Positions 53,036 to 62,147 of a stretch of DNA of 64,000 nucleotides are shown one piece after another. Position numbers and translations under genes: made by a program. The notes beneath the pieces are model-generated. The model saw only the letters and a program-made list of their open reading frames with translations, was not told where the DNA came from and ran no database searches. The stretch's first letter is position 1; the number at the start of each line of letters is the position of its first letter. The stretch comes from a phage, in the sequence record PZ347775.1, one strand, 5' to 3'.

Positions 53036-54060
53036 ATCTTAGCATATTTAGATAGCCGCATTTTAGCCATCAACCCTTGGGCAATATTATTTTTCATATA
53101 TTCCATAATTTGTTCAGGGGTTGCACCTTCCTTTCTAATCATATCATTAACATCTTTTGATTTCCAGGGAGATTTGTCCCAAAACATAACCCTTTCTCCT
53201 GCATCAACTAATTTAGTCATTCGTTTAATAGTGTCAGGATGACGAGGTTCATTATCTAAAACCCATACACGTCTATCTTTAAATGGAACAATTTCTAGGT
53301 CTAATTGACCACCCGTAATAGCTATACCATTTTCAATAAAAAGCGAATCTATAGGTCCTTCTAGAACATATACATCACCATCTTTAACCCGTTCAACACC
53401 ATAGATTTTTGTTGCCTCAGGATAAGCTTTGATGGTGATATATTTTTGGGGAGCATCTTTCTTTAATGCACGCCCTTGAAAAGACTCAGCTTTTCCATTA
53501 GCATTATAAATTGGAATAACAAGACGAGGCTCAGGTATTTCCTTTTTGTATGTTCCTGGTGCTATACTATTAACTAATTTAGGCCATTCGGTTGTAAACC
53601 AAAGATATTTCCATTTGTCCTTTGGAATACAACGAGCTTTTACGTATTTTATAATTGGATGGTCTTCCGCCAGTTTATCTAATCTAACACATGACGGAAG
53701 AGATTTAATTATTTTCTTCTCAGGTTGTTTAGGAAGTTCTTTAGGTTTTTCTACTGGACGACTTTTACCTTTTTCTTTTCTTATTTCAAAGATATACTCA
53801 CGATATAAATCGGGTTCAAACTCCTTTAAATATATTCCGATTGGTGCATGATAGTTGCAGTTATAACAATGAATATTTCCTTCATTATTATCGCCATAAT
53901 ACCATCCACGGGCTTTATTTTGGTCGGTTTTTGAATCTCCACAAACAGGGCATCTAAACCGCAATTTAAAAGTTGAACTATTATTTACTTGTGTGAATTT
54001 AGGTAAATGAGCTAATGCACGATATGCAAACTCATTATCAATCCAAGGTATTGATGACAT
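53032..54060 (-). CDS. 61: DNA primase gp61
   Basis: 342 aa; N-terminal zinc ribbon CPVCGDS...CYNC; T4 primase size. Confidence 0.9.
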   Translation of the reverse strand: MSSIPWIDNEFAYRALAHLPKFTQVNNSSTFKLRFRCPVCGDSKTDQNKARGWYYGDNNEGNIHCYNCNYHAPIGIYLKEFEPDLYREYIFEIRKEKGKSRPVEKPKELPKQPEKKIIKSLPSCVRLDKLAEDHPIIKYVKARCIPKDKWKYLWFTTEWPKLVNSIAPGTYKKEIPEPRLVIPIYNANGKAESFQGRALKKDAPQKYITIKAYPEATKIYGVERVKDGDVYVLEGPIDSLFIENGIAITGGQLDLEIVPFKDRRVWVLDNEPRHPDTIKRMTKLVDAGERVMFWDKSPWKSKDVNDMIRKEGATPEQIMEYMKNNIAQGLMAKMRLSKYAKI

Positions 54061-54228
54061 TTTTACTCTTCTTTTTCTTTAGATTCCTCTTTTTTCTTTT
54101 TAGGAATCTGTTCAGGACCTTTATTTACTACAGCGCCTGATGTTGTTCCAGTGGAGATATTTTCAGGATTACCACCTGAATCTCCAGCTACCATATCTTC
54201 TTTGATAAATTCTTTATATGTTTTCATA

Positions 54229-54855
54229 TTAACCTCTATTCATAAAAGCATTAAAAATTTGGTCATCAATAGAAACATTCACTTTAGACTGTTTTTCTGA
54301 TGGTAATTCATATCCACATATTACAATTTTGTGATCAATATCAAAATACACAGAAGCAATATGATTAATGATGTTTTCAGTAAAGTCTAAATCAACATCA
54401 ATATCTTTTTGACCACAGCCCAAAGGATAAATAATGCGAGTAATTCGATTATCTTTAACAAAGATTCCACCGACATACTCTGTGCTGCGTTTAAAGTCTA
54501 CACGCCGACGAAATGAAAAATATTCAGGCTCTTTATGAGCTCGGCTCATAGGACACAACGAGTAACTAGAATAAGAAATGTCAAATCCTACGCCTTCAAT
54601 ATGAGCCAAATTATCATGATTAAACCAATTATAATCGTACGCCAAGTCCATTAGATTATAATATGTAAAAGGCACCGGATTAACGTCATTAGTCACAAGC
54701 ATGTAATTAGCAACTGCTATAATTTCATTGTTTTTAACGAATACAAACCGTGATTGATGCGAATGACCTGGACCCGCGTTTTCACGATTAATGATATAAC
54801 ACTGGGCACCTTTATATTTGTATGTATCTTTGCACTTGTGCATTTGGTAAAGCAT
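54229..54855 (-). CDS. hypothetical protein (208 aa)
   Basis: ORF track; 61.x region. Confidence 0.55.
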   Translation of the reverse strand: MLYQMHKCKDTYKYKGAQCYIINRENAGPGHSHQSRFVFVKNNEIIAVANYMLVTNDVNPVPFTYYNLMDLAYDYNWFNHDNLAHIEGVGFDISYSSYSLCPMSRAHKEPEYFSFRRRVDFKRSTEYVGGIFVKDNRITRIIYPLGCGQKDIDVDLDFTENIINHIASVYFDIDHKIVICGYELPSEKQSKVNVSIDDQIFNAFMNRG

Positions 54856-55148
54856 TATTCACCTACCACTTCAGCGACGATATTTTTATTATTAAAGTTT
54901 TTATCGCAATATAGAACATAATTATACTGCATTACACCACCAGACTTAAGCTGTTTTTGCACTTCAGCTTTCATTTCAGGACGATCACGCTCAACGATAT
55001 TCATAATATCTGCTTCAATTTGAGTTTCAACTTCAGTCTGATCTGCAGTCATAGACCACTCACACAAATCTTTATCATATCCTGCCATAGCAGGCTGAGC
55101 AGCGCAAGAAGATAAAGCAAAAATTGCAGCAAAGATAAATTTTTTCAT
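54855..55148 (-). CDS. sp: probable Spackle (periplasmic superinfection-exclusion protein)
   Basis: 97 aa with cleavable signal peptide (MKKFIFAAIFALSSCAAQPAMA); size and locus as T4 Sp. Confidence 0.6.
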   Translation of the reverse strand: MKKFIFAAIFALSSCAAQPAMAGYDKDLCEWSMTADQTEVETQIEADIMNIVERDRPEMKAEVQKQLKSGGVMQYNYVLYCDKNFNNKNIVAEVVGE

Positions 55149-55251
55149 GATAATCTCCTCAGTAGTTTATGTTTATAGTATCTCAATTTTCAACAAAAGT
55201 AAACACTAGTAGAAGCAAACAGACAAATTACAATAATTGGTGATTTCAGTT

Positions 55252-55443
55252 TCATTCTTCTCCTCCATGTTGATGAACATATTCTTTTTCAAGTCTAGAG
55301 CACAAGTTTTCATATTCAACTAATAAAAATGAATCAAGTGCGTTATTTCTATGCTGACACCGTTCTTGTAAAGAATCCATCTCTGAACGTTGTTCTTGTG
55401 TTAATAATTGATAACCTGATACTTTAGACATTTTGTTCTCCAT
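55252..55443 (-). CDS. hypothetical protein (63 aa)
   Basis: ORF track. Confidence 0.45.
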   Translation of the reverse strand: MENKMSKVSGYQLLTQEQRSEMDSLQERCQHRNNALDSFLLVEYENLCSRLEKEYVHQHGGEE

Positions 55444-55495
55444 TTACTCGTTTGTTTTGATAGGTCTATAATAACATGTTTAAAACAAAAGTAAA

Positions 55496-55750
55496 CTATT
55501 TTATTTCCTCAAGTTCGTTAATCAATAAAAGTTCTCTGACGCTAAAAATAAAGAAAAATGTGTTCCCATCAACCAGAGCATGACCGCTAATAGAACACCC
55601 TCTGCGGAATTTAGAAACTTCACAATCTAGAACTGTAAAGGGTTTTAATCCTATGACTTTAGCTGTGCGTCTATTCAGTTCACAACCACTCGCGAATTTT
55701 TCCAAATCTTCTTCTGATTTAAACTGATATTCTCTATTAACTAGCATCAT
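55496..55750 (-). CDS. hypothetical protein (84 aa)
   Basis: ORF track; promoter cassette upstream. Confidence 0.5.
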   Translation of the reverse strand: MMLVNREYQFKSEEDLEKFASGCELNRRTAKVIGLKPFTVLDCEVSKFRRGCSISGHALVDGNTFFFIFSVRELLLINELEEIK

Positions 55751-55781
55751 TTTCTTTTCTCCGCGATTAGCTGATAGAATT

Positions 55782-55811
55782 ACTATAACACAACTCTATC
55801 AGCTTGTAAAC
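55782..55811 (-). promoter_or_regulatory. sigma70 early promoter (GTTTAC -35, TATAGT -10) within 9-bp-stem hairpin
   Basis: Reverse complement GTTTAC-18nt-TATAGT; inverted repeat agctgatag/ctatcagct. Confidence 0.5.
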
Positions 55812-55813
55812 TA

Positions 55814-56071
55814 CTATTTTAAAACTTCTGTATAATCACATGTTACAAACTGTTTCTCTAACTTGACGATTTTACGAAAGTATCTTTTGCATTGGCGAAT
55901 CTGCCGCTTTGTAGGGCGCACAGCAAACTTAATAAATTCCACTCGACCAAATGGAGGGCTTTCTTCTGCTGGAATATCTAATACCAATTCCCACGTATCT
56001 GCGATAAGTGCTTTGAATTGAGTATTTTTCCTGACGTTATACGGAGTAGGTTTAAATAAAACAATATGCAT
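55814..56071 (-). CDS. hypothetical protein (about 85 aa)
   Basis: Track ORF 55814..56113 trimmed to internal Met (MHIVLF) to avoid 41-nt overlap. Confidence 0.45.
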   Translation of the reverse strand: MHIVLFKPTPYNVRKNTQFKALIADTWELVLDIPAEESPPFGRVEFIKFAVRPTKRQIRQCKRYFRKIVKLEKQFVTCDYTEVLK

Positions 56072-56072
56072 A

Positions 56073-56255
56073 TTATCCTCGGCAATCCACTTCACATACT
56101 TTCTTGTCATCAATGAAAGCTTTAACTAATGCTTTATTAACTTCAGCATATTGAGTAGTAGCCCATTGAACGTCATCTTTCATCATTGTGATTTCTTTAG
56201 TAAACATGCTTTCATTCTTAAACCACCCCATAAAAACTACTTTTACCAATTCCAT
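56073..56255 (-). CDS. dmd: possible Dmd (antitoxin against host RnlA/LsoA)
   Basis: 60-aa ORF directly downstream of gene 41 with its own early promoter, matching size and locus of T4 61.5/dmd; sequence not verified. Confidence 0.45.
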   Translation of the reverse strand: MELVKVVFMGWFKNESMFTKEITMMKDDVQWATTQYAEVNKALVKAFIDDKKVCEVDCRG

Positions 56256-56284
56256 AAAAATCTCCTCATTTAACCAACAAGACT

Positions 56285-56314
56285 ACTATACCATAGTCTT
56301 GTCGGCTTGTAAAC
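56285..56314 (-). promoter_or_regulatory. sigma70 early promoter (GTTTAC -35, TATAGT -10)
   Basis: Reverse complement GTTTAC-18nt-TATAGT; agacta/tagtct stem. Confidence 0.5.
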
Positions 56315-57741
56315 TAAAATTTTAATTCATTTGCCAAAGCATCTAACTGAGCTCGAGCGGATTCGTTTCTTTGATAGCGATTCTGTTCAGCCTGAATCTG
56401 CTGTGAACCTGCTACTTCGTTCACTTCAGTTGGAGTAGAATCTTGTTCAATTTCTACCCATTTCTGATTTCCTTTTTGAACACCCATCAAAAACTTATTC
56501 CATTTATTCTTATCACCGTATCGTGATTTGATTTGCTTAATGAGTTGTTGTTCAGCAGCTGCTAACTCCTCGGTTTCAATGACCGCAAGCATAAAATCGG
56601 CTGTTGCTGGAAGACCGGCAGATTCTGCAATATCGCTCATGTTAACATCAGAAGAATCCCAAGCTTGTTTACCAACCTGTGCTGCAGTCCAAAGAACAGT
56701 TTCGGTTTCAACAGCCAGAGCACGCAATTCCTCTGCGATAGCTTTAACAGTTGTGTAACTATTTTCTGAATAAACTCTAATGCGGCAAGATTTACAAATA
56801 CCTAGATAGTCGACAATAATGATTGTTGGAACAAAATTCTTCTTGAGCTTCAATTCGTTTAAAAGCGATCGAAATGTATTAGCGTCTGCTCCACCAGTAG
56901 GATATTGCTTAACGATTAAACGACCGAGAGTAGATTTCTCACGCCATTTTTCCATCTTTCCTTTATACTCAGCGTAAGAAATATGCCCATCATCAATGTC
57001 ATCAAGAGAAACATCAAGCATATTAGCATCAATACGTTTAGCACAGACTTCTTCAGCCATTTCCATGGAAATGTAAAGAACATTATGTCCGAGCTGCAAA
57101 TAATCTGCTGCCAATGAACACAGACCTAATGACTTACCAACGTTAACACCAGCCATTAAAACGTTCAGTGTTCCAGTTTCAGCTCCGCCTTTAGTAATTT
57201 TATTTAGAATTTTGAGTTTAAATGGAACCTTACGAGCTTTATTCATATAAGATAGCCAACGTGCTTCGTAGTCATCCATCCAATCATGACCAACGTAACT
57301 ATCAAATGAAATTGATAATGCTTGGCGCATGATGTCAGGAATAGCACCTACATCCGGCATTTTCTTATTGCGTTTTTCCGGAGGAAGCTCAGCATTGGTT
57401 TGAATTTCAATTATTTTAGATGTGGCGTTAAACATCGCCCTTTGCTGAACATATTTTTCTGTTTCTTTTACTAACCAGCTGTGGTCTTCCGGAGAATCGG
57501 CCAGTTTTGAAATAAGTGTTTTTATACCAGAATATTCTGTTTCAGTAAATGAACTATTTTCTAACGCAACATTTAACGCATTAATAGATGGAACGCTATG
57601 ATACTCGTTAACATGAGATTTAATTAATTTGAATGTATTTTTAGCTGGACCACTTTCAAAATATTCTGAATCCATATATGGCCAAACTTTTGAAAAATAA
57701 GCTTGATCAAATATGAGATGAGAAAGAATAATTTCTACCAC
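56314..57741 (-). CDS. 41: replicative DNA helicase gp41 (DnaB family)
   Basis: 475 aa; Walker A GVNVGKS; DnaB-like. Confidence 0.95.
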   Translation of the reverse strand: MVEIILSHLIFDQAYFSKVWPYMDSEYFESGPAKNTFKLIKSHVNEYHSVPSINALNVALENSSFTETEYSGIKTLISKLADSPEDHSWLVKETEKYVQQRAMFNATSKIIEIQTNAELPPEKRNKKMPDVGAIPDIMRQALSISFDSYVGHDWMDDYEARWLSYMNKARKVPFKLKILNKITKGGAETGTLNVLMAGVNVGKSLGLCSLAADYLQLGHNVLYISMEMAEEVCAKRIDANMLDVSLDDIDDGHISYAEYKGKMEKWREKSTLGRLIVKQYPTGGADANTFRSLLNELKLKKNFVPTIIIVDYLGICKSCRIRVYSENSYTTVKAIAEELRALAVETETVLWTAAQVGKQAWDSSDVNMSDIAESAGLPATADFMLAVIETEELAAAEQQLIKQIKSRYGDKNKWNKFLMGVQKGNQKWVEIEQDSTPTEVNEVAGSQQIQAEQNRYQRNESARAQLDALANELKF

Positions 57742-57750
57742 ACTTACTCC

Positions 57751-58113
57751 TTAAAAGAATTTAAATTTTTTCTTTGACCTTTTATTAAATGCATCTTGTA
57801 GTTGCATTGTAATACATTTTTCTACATGAGGAGCTAACTCAGCTTTTCTTTCTTGGTCAAGAACAGCAAAGTCCATTACGACTTTTCCATCAACCCAATC
57901 TAATTTTGTCACATACACAATGTGTGTAGAACCGTCTTCTAGTTTAATGACAATCTCCTGGATAACATTTTCCATGGCAGATTTAATTATCTTAAGAGAT
58001 TCATTAAAAAGACGTTCTTTTCTTTCTTCTTCCCCCTCCGAAGAGGGGGATTCATCGATAATTTCTAGATCTAAATCTAAATCATCTTTATTCATTAAAT
58101 TCTTCCATATCAC
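57751..58113 (-). CDS. 40: probable gp40 (head vertex assembly chaperone)
   Basis: 120-aa ORF (start uncertain, overlaps uvsX 3' end) between uvsX and 41 as T4 gene 40. Confidence 0.55.
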   Translation of the reverse strand: MIWKNLMNKDDLDLDLEIIDESPSSEGEEERKERLFNESLKIIKSAMENVIQEIVIKLEDGSTHIVYVTKLDWVDGKVVMDFAVLDQERKAELAPHVEKCITMQLQDAFNKRSKKKFKFF

Positions 58114-59269
58114 TTAACTGATCTAGGTCAGTTTCTAAATCAGCTGCTGATTTACTTTTACTTTCTGGAGATTTAAATTTTTCAACCTTTGAGTTAATCA
58201 ATTCATCAACTTCAGCTTCAACAATTTCATTACTATCAATAGCACCTAACTGATAAGCGCGTTTAATAGCATCTCGGAATGGTTGATGCTTAAATAAAGG
58301 ACCCCAGAATGTAGTGCAATTGGTATCTTTTGCACGCCAAGATTTTTCTTCGCGAATCATCTCGCCGGTTTCTTCATCAAGAAATTCACGAGCATACCAA
58401 CCATTTTTAGGTTTTACTACAAATCCTAGTTCAAGAGCCATATCTAACAATCCAGAATAAGGATCGATACCACCGTCAAATTTAACATCAATAAAGAATT
58501 TACTTTTTTCTTTGACGGTACGAGATTTTTCTACATTTAGAACAAATTGATACCCCTGAAGATCAGAACCATCTTTAATCTGACGCTTACCGATAATGAA
58601 TACAGTATCAGCTGAATACATTACGCCTGTACCACCTGTCATCACGGTTTTACTAAACATTTCAATTGTTTCAATTGTGTGGTTAACCGCAACACATGGA
58701 ATATTTTTAATGCTAAAATAAGGAGTAACAATACGGAATAATGACTTCAGTGATTTAGCACGAGTCATATCTGCCACAGATTTTTCATTCAAGGCATCTT
58801 CCGTTTCTTTCTTAGAAGCCATATTACCGATTGAGTCGATGAATACAATAACTTTTTCACCGCGCTCAATAGCTTCAAGCTGATTCACCATATCAATTTT
58901 CAGTTGTTCAACTGACTGGATTGGTGTATGAATTACTCGTTCCGGGTCAACTCCCATGGATCGCAAATAAGCTGGAGTAATACCAAATTCACTATCATAA
59001 AATAGACAAACCGCGTCAGGATATTTGTTCAAATACGCCGCAACCATAGTCAAAGACATATTTGATTTAAAGTGTTTAGAAGGACCTGCAAAAATGGTTA
59101 AACCAGACTGCATACCACCATCAATCGCGCCGGAAATAGCGATATTGAGCATTGGGATTTTTGTACGGATTACATCCTTTTCATTAAAGAATTTAGATGT
59201 AGTCAGTTCAGCAGTCATTTTAGAAGTGGAAGCTTTAATCAAACGGGATTTTAAATCTGCAATAGACAT
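58088..59269 (-). CDS. uvsX: recombinase UvsX (RecA/Rad51 family)
   Basis: 393 aa; Walker A GPSKHFKS; RecA core. Confidence 0.95.
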   Translation of the reverse strand: MSIADLKSRLIKASTSKMTAELTTSKFFNEKDVIRTKIPMLNIAISGAIDGGMQSGLTIFAGPSKHFKSNMSLTMVAAYLNKYPDAVCLFYDSEFGITPAYLRSMGVDPERVIHTPIQSVEQLKIDMVNQLEAIERGEKVIVFIDSIGNMASKKETEDALNEKSVADMTRAKSLKSLFRIVTPYFSIKNIPCVAVNHTIETIEMFSKTVMTGGTGVMYSADTVFIIGKRQIKDGSDLQGYQFVLNVEKSRTVKEKSKFFIDVKFDGGIDPYSGLLDMALELGFVVKPKNGWYAREFLDEETGEMIREEKSWRAKDTNCTTFWGPLFKHQPFRDAIKRAYQLGAIDSNEIVEAEVDELINSKVEKFKSPESKSKSAADLETDLDQLSDMEEFNE

Positions 59270-59346
59270 TCATTTTTTCCATAGGCATCATTATATTTTC
59301 CTCACTGGTTAAAGATAGAGTAATTATAACACAATAAATTTAGGCA

Positions 59347-60195
59347 TTAATCAACCGCTATTGGATGAATAGCATTAAACTTATGAAACGCTTCTGATTT
59401 TTCTTTGCGTGAAACACACATGCGAAGAACCTTTAATGGCTCGTCTTCTTCACCTAATGATTTTCGTTTTTCAATATTAGAAGTTTTCCAACGAGCTTGC
59501 TCTGGAAACTCTCTATTGATTTGCTCAAGAGCTCTATTATGTTTTGAATTACTACGAATTGAACTACATCCACCGGGGGCTTGTGCTTTTCCAGATACAA
59601 CTAGATATTTGAACAAGGCCAAATGCGGATAACCTTGATTAATTAAATTGAGAAATGCATACATATCTTCGCATAAATCAATTTTTCCATACCCAATTTG
59701 TTCTGTTGTAAGTTTTCCTAAATCATACCAGGTATTCGTGAATCCGTATGAATTTTCACGATAATTACCCCAAGATGAAGTAATTTTAAAAATAGGTAGA
59801 CGAGCATGACCATGATAATACCCGCAATCCATGGCATCTTCAACGTATTGAATCAATTCATAGAACTGTTCACGAGTTAACTGATTAATTTTATCTACGC
59901 AGCGACGATCATCTTTCTTTCGCATTGAACTCATACGAATAGTAGTATCATCATCAATCATCCAAATTCGTTGACCTGCATACATATCAGTAATTGCTTT
60001 ACGAGTTCCAGCAATTCCATTAACATCATCAGGAATAGTTATAATTTTAGCCCTAGACCCGTAAGCGTCATAATAAGCTTTTTCTTCATGTTCACGTACT
60101 ACAATATGAGGTTCATAATCAGTCGGAAACATATCAAGGGCAGAAACTGCCCCTACGCGTTGATAGCTTGGAATTACGAATTGAATCATTTCCAC
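59347..60195 (-). CDS. glycosyltransferase (GT-A fold, DxD)
   Basis: 282 aa; N-terminal FVIPSYQR and DxD motif WMIDDD; sits where T4 carries beta-gt but looks unrelated to it. Confidence 0.55.
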   Translation of the reverse strand: MEMIQFVIPSYQRVGAVSALDMFPTDYEPHIVVREHEEKAYYDAYGSRAKIITIPDDVNGIAGTRKAITDMYAGQRIWMIDDDTTIRMSSMRKKDDRRCVDKINQLTREQFYELIQYVEDAMDCGYYHGHARLPIFKITSSWGNYRENSYGFTNTWYDLGKLTTEQIGYGKIDLCEDMYAFLNLINQGYPHLALFKYLVVSGKAQAPGGCSSIRSNSKHNRALEQINREFPEQARWKTSNIEKRKSLGEEDEPLKVLRMCVSRKEKSEAFHKFNAIHPIAVD

Positions 60196-60926
60196 TCACC
60201 GTTATAATCTTTTTTCGCAATATGGGTTTCGCCAGTTTTCCACCAATGGTCAACCAAATAAAAATGACGGGAATACACATGAAGGCTCCCGACATTCCAT
60301 ATAATGGAACCTGCTTTATACTGACGAGTTGAATCACCTGCATTCAAATCAGATACTAATTTATCTAGTACGTATTTTTGCCATGCATAATCATTACGGA
60401 ATCCGAAGACCACGTCATTTGAACGCATGTTAACCACTGCATTAATTTTCTTATCACGAATCAGGTACTGTACTGTATTAGTACACATGAAATCTGACAT
60501 GCCATCTTTATTGTAGTCAAATTGCATGGATGGACGAGTATAAATCATGATACCACGTCGAGAATCAGGATTTTGACCAAGTTCAGCTAAACACATATCA
60601 TATTGGGCATAGTTATCTTCTGACCAGATGGCCCAACCATAATTCGAGTTAATTTCGCCTTTAGAAGATGCTACCTGCTGCCAAATCTTTGGTGTTTCAC
60701 CTGGAATATCTTTAACAAACAGACTTTGAGACTTATACCATTCAAGTTCACGCTGAATGTATTCATCATTAAGAGCGCCAAAAATAAAAGGTTCATCTGC
60801 TACAAATGATGCACCAATAATTTCAATAGTTTTAACCCCGGTTTTATCAATTACGAAATCTTTTTCCTTTAATGCAAGACCCAAATCAAGACGGATTTCT
60901 TCAACTGTCATATAATCGTTAATCAT
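60186..60926 (-). CDS. 42: dCMP hydroxymethylase
   Basis: 246 aa as T4 gp42; thymidylate-synthase-like fold. Confidence 0.9.
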   Translation of the reverse strand: MINDYMTVEEIRLDLGLALKEKDFVIDKTGVKTIEIIGASFVADEPFIFGALNDEYIQRELEWYKSQSLFVKDIPGETPKIWQQVASSKGEINSNYGWAIWSEDNYAQYDMCLAELGQNPDSRRGIMIYTRPSMQFDYNKDGMSDFMCTNTVQYLIRDKKINAVVNMRSNDVVFGFRNDYAWQKYVLDKLVSDLNAGDSTRQYKAGSIIWNVGSLHVYSRHFYLVDHWWKTGETHIAKKDYNGEWK

Positions 60927-60933
60927 TTAAACC

Positions 60934-61083
60934 TCAATTGATGCATTCATATTTAATTTGTAACAGTAATAAACTCCAACCTATAATAAGTGGCGGAATC
61001 ATAAGAGGAACTGTTACGCTATAGTATATACTTATTATAATCATTAAGATTAAAAGCAATACTGCTAAAATTTTGCTTTTCAT
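60934..61083 (-). CDS. small membrane protein (49 aa)
   Basis: Hand-read ORF MKSKILAVLLLILMIIISIYYSV...; ATGA overlap with imm stop. Confidence 0.35.
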   Translation of the reverse strand: MKSKILAVLLLILMIIISIYYSVTVPLMIPPLIIGWSLLLLQIKYECIN

Positions 61084-61331
61084 TCCTTCTCTCTGATGAT
61101 AATTACTTGATTTGGCTGTGTTGACTTTTTAGTTTCACCGGCAATTGACCAAATAAATGTAATAAACCAACCAATGATTGACCAGTTAAACAGTAAAGAT
61201 GTGAAAAAGATTCCTACTGTCGATTTTGACCCACGCATCAAGGCGATGAACCAAGGAAGCATGTATATAATAATAGCCAACACGCCTGAAACTAAAACCA
61301 TAAAAATTGAACCTGCTACTAAAGTTTCCAT
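61080..61331 (-). CDS. imm: immunity (superinfection exclusion) membrane protein Imm
   Basis: 83 aa, two TM helices; between 42 and 43 as T4 imm. Confidence 0.7.
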   Translation of the reverse strand: METLVAGSIFMVLVSGVLAIIIYMLPWFIALMRGSKSTVGIFFTSLLFNWSIIGWFITFIWSIAGETKKSTQPNQVIIIREKE

Positions 61332-61338
61332 GTTTTCC

Positions 61339-61719
61339 TTACTTAGTCAAATTTTTTACACATGAATTATAAGAATTTACTACATACTCCATCGGAGCAT
61401 TTTTACCGGTACGCCATTGGTAATTATTAGCCCAATTTGCCCAAAGTTCAGCACAGTAGTTTTCAATTTTTTCTTCACGCGTAATCACATCTGAATTACG
61501 ATATGCTTGTGCAGATTCATCTGGACGAATAGCTTCGTCAAAATTCGCCTGCATTTGTTCTACTGTCTGTTTTGGAGCCTCTTTATAACACTTGACGTTA
61601 GGATTATAAAATTTGCTTGAACAGTTTACAATTTTTCCTACATCAGACTGATTTACTACTGGTCCTTGAGCTACACATCCAGTAAGACCCAATGCAATAA
61701 CCAAAATAGCGATTTTCAT
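61339..61719 (-). CDS. predicted lipoprotein (126 aa)
   Basis: Signal peptide + lipobox ALGLTGC. Confidence 0.55.
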   Translation of the reverse strand: MKIAILVIALGLTGCVAQGPVVNQSDVGKIVNCSSKFYNPNVKCYKEAPKQTVEQMQANFDEAIRPDESAQAYRNSDVITREEKIENYCAELWANWANNYQWRTGKNAPMEYVVNSYNSCVKNLTK

Positions 61720-61729
61720 AATAATTTCC

Positions 61730-61966
61730 TCAAATACAAGTAGTAATTACTCCAGTAGTGCTTACACAGGTATTACCTAATTGAACACCCAGCGTTCCAT
61801 TAGTATTCATATGAAGATTATCATCAATTTTTGTTGATACTTTACCATTCATGTGAATAATAGTATTAGATTCAATCACATTCTGAGTGTCATTTTCAAT
61901 ATCAATAAATGGAACAGTTGCTAATGCAACTAAACACACTGCTAAACAACCATAAACAATTTTCAT
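61730..61966 (-). CDS. secreted/membrane protein (about 78 aa)
   Basis: Track ORF trimmed to MKIVYGCLAVCLVALATVPF (signal-like N-terminus); upstream track residues are promoter cassette. Confidence 0.45.
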   Translation of the reverse strand: MKIVYGCLAVCLVALATVPFIDIENDTQNVIESNTIIHMNGKVSTKIDDNLHMNTNGTLGVQLGNTCVSTTGVITTCI

Positions 61967-62000
61967 TTTATTCTCCAAATCCGTATCAGTTGATAGTTGT

Positions 62001-62030
62001 ATAGTATCATGGAAGAACGGGAATGTAAAC
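62001..62030 (-). promoter_or_regulatory. sigma70 early promoter (GTTTAC -35, TACTAT -10), cassette copy C
   Basis: Reverse complement GTTTAC-18nt-TACTAT; leader nearly identical to copy B at 34595-34637. Confidence 0.55.
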
Positions 62031-62112
62031 AGTTTTGTGAAAAAATTTTTAATGAATTTACAGGACCTAGAATCATCTATTTTTCCTAAGTATAGATTTA
62101 TATTACTTGTAT

Positions 62113-62135
62113 GAAAAAGGGACCCGGAGGTCCCT
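62113..62135 (-). terminator. rho-independent terminator after gene 43
   Basis: mRNA agggacc-UCCG-ggucccu hairpin followed by UUUUU. Confidence 0.65.
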
Positions 62136-62147
62136 AGATTTATTCTA

